Below are positions 62,620 to 64,000 of a stretch of 64,000 nt of DNA, piece by piece. The DNA comes from Geosiphon pyriformis uo1. Taxonomy: Eukaryota > Fungi > Glomeromycota. A model generated the notes under the pieces. The model did no database searches. It saw nothing but the letters and a program-made list of their open reading frames with translations, and was not told the origin of the DNA. The stretch lies in contig JAAOMT010000503.1 in assembly GCA_016748015.1 (NCBI GenBank), positions 62,001 through 126,000 of the forward strand, given 5' to 3'. Each line of letters starts with the position of its first letter. Positions within the stretch are counted from its first letter, which is position 1. Position numbers and translations under genes: made by a program.

Positions 62620-64000
62620 TGTTACAGATGAACTTTGTTGGTTGTTAAAATAAATAACAAACCTGTAACTTGGTGCTCAAAACTGTTGTCAATGATGGCA
62701 ATCTGAAGGTGTGTTTATCTGAAGGTTTTGGTTGAGTCTTTTGTATAATAGACAGAGATTCAGTAGTAATAGTTTTTTCCATAACTTTTCGAAACTGCAG
62801 TTTCATCAATTTCTTTCTCAGTGTGATGGCCAGTGTTTCTTCTGGTAAGCTAACCTCAATCAAGTGTTCTACTCTTATTTCTGGATTTTTTACCAGTGTT
62901 ATATCCTGACGTCCGTACTCTGCATGTTAATCCTCAATAAAGTTAGTAATAACAAAAATTAAGACAAGAAAATAACAGAAATAACATAAAGAAATAAGTT
63001 AAGGCAATGAACAAGTTAGTATCTTGTCAATAGCCATGATCAAGAGCTATTGGTCTAGTGTGGTTACATATTAATAACTATCAACATAAAGTGTTGATAG
63101 TGGAGAGTGGAATTGGATGGTAAATGATTTTTTTTATTTATTATTTGTGAATAAAAGATTTCTAACTAATGAATTCTCTCTTTCTACTTTTAACACTACT
63201 GCTATATATACATAATTGATGTTTTATGAGATTGCTCATATTTCCGAGCAATGTGCTATGATTTTTTGAGCAATGCTTACATTGCTGAGTGATGTGTTCT
63301 AATTTTCTAATATCACTCCATATTGCTAAGCAATATGCTGTGTTTTCTGATATTGCTTTATATTGCTGAGCAATGTGCCATGATTTCTGATATTGCTCCA
63401 CATTGCTGAGCAATGTGTTCACATGCTAAATACTATTCTCTCATTGGTCTGTTATTTTCTATATCTGTTTTTTTTTTATGAGTAACATTATCTCCTCCTT
63501 TTAATATTGAGCTCCATCAAAATCTTTGTTTTGAATTAATTCTAATACTTCTTTTTCAAGTATTGTTTGTTCGACTTTGATTTTCACTTTTTTTACTTGT
63601 GTATTGTTTATTCTTCTCTATTGGTTAATGGTTATGGTTTCCATGTCAGAGTATAACAATATTTCTGGATAGTTCTAAAATATGTTGTGTAGTCGGTATA
63701 TTGTTTTAACATGTAGTGTTAAATTAGTTTTCTTTCCAATAAATTCTTCAATTTGTTGTATCATGTCTTAGTTAAATATTCTCTTGGATTTGTCAATATA
63801 CAACTCCTGAATATTCAACTTTCGATCTAACTGGTAGTAGCAATATGATATTGGAAGTCATTCTGTCTATTGCTTTCAATTTTTTTTTGTAAGCTCTTTT
63901 GTTGGTGCCATAATAGATATTTTCCCAAAAGTATTCTTCACTTTTTCTATTAAGTTATTTGTTCAGTTTTTATTATTCTTTGGTGGCTGCTAATATGATG
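62620..64000 (-). mobile_element. 3' LTR (62620-63487) of a minus-strand LTR retrotransposon, with polypurine tract and adjoining internal sequence
   Basis: On the minus strand aaaaggaggagataa directly precedes tgttactcat, and the LTR ends ctgtaaca. The internal region runs off the window. Confidence 0.8.

Noticed and set aside
63231-63420. CRISPR-like palindromic repeats
   Set aside because: The intervening sequences resemble each other, so this is a 40-bp tandem array inside an LTR. The context is eukaryotic and there are no cas genes.

Overview
Eukaryotic, intron-rich fungal DNA. The short AT-rich introns and the transposon protein types suggest an early-diverging, Glomeromycotina/Geosiphon-like fungus; this is inference only. 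The window is sharply compartmentalised. Two CpG-containing gene islands (about 14.8-29.5 kb and 38.9-50.1 kb) hold 11 spliced genes that strictly alternate strand: PDH E1-alpha, Tvp38/TMEM64, a SET methyltransferase, a Gbp2/Hrb1-like RRM protein, U1C, NDUFA1, NDUFB7, mitochondrial L33, PCMT1, gephyrin/Cnx1 and makorin. Three transposon blocks (1-14.7, 29.6-38.7 and 51.2-64 kb) contain LINEs, Ty3/Gypsy elements, solo LTRs and a hAT-like insertion, eroded almost entirely by C>T/G>A transitions to extreme AT content. Reversing those transitions by eye recovers a Gypsy with a dUTPase, nested insertions with target-site duplications, and solo LTRs with 4-bp AT-R-S TSDs. The best candidate for an undescribed system is the 576-nt intron of the molybdenum-cofactor gene. 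It folds into a long rod with C/D-like ends, hides a possible stop-containing microexon, and has a segment complementary to an intron of the Gbp2-like gene. All RNA folding and relic reconstruction was done by eye and needs computational confirmation.
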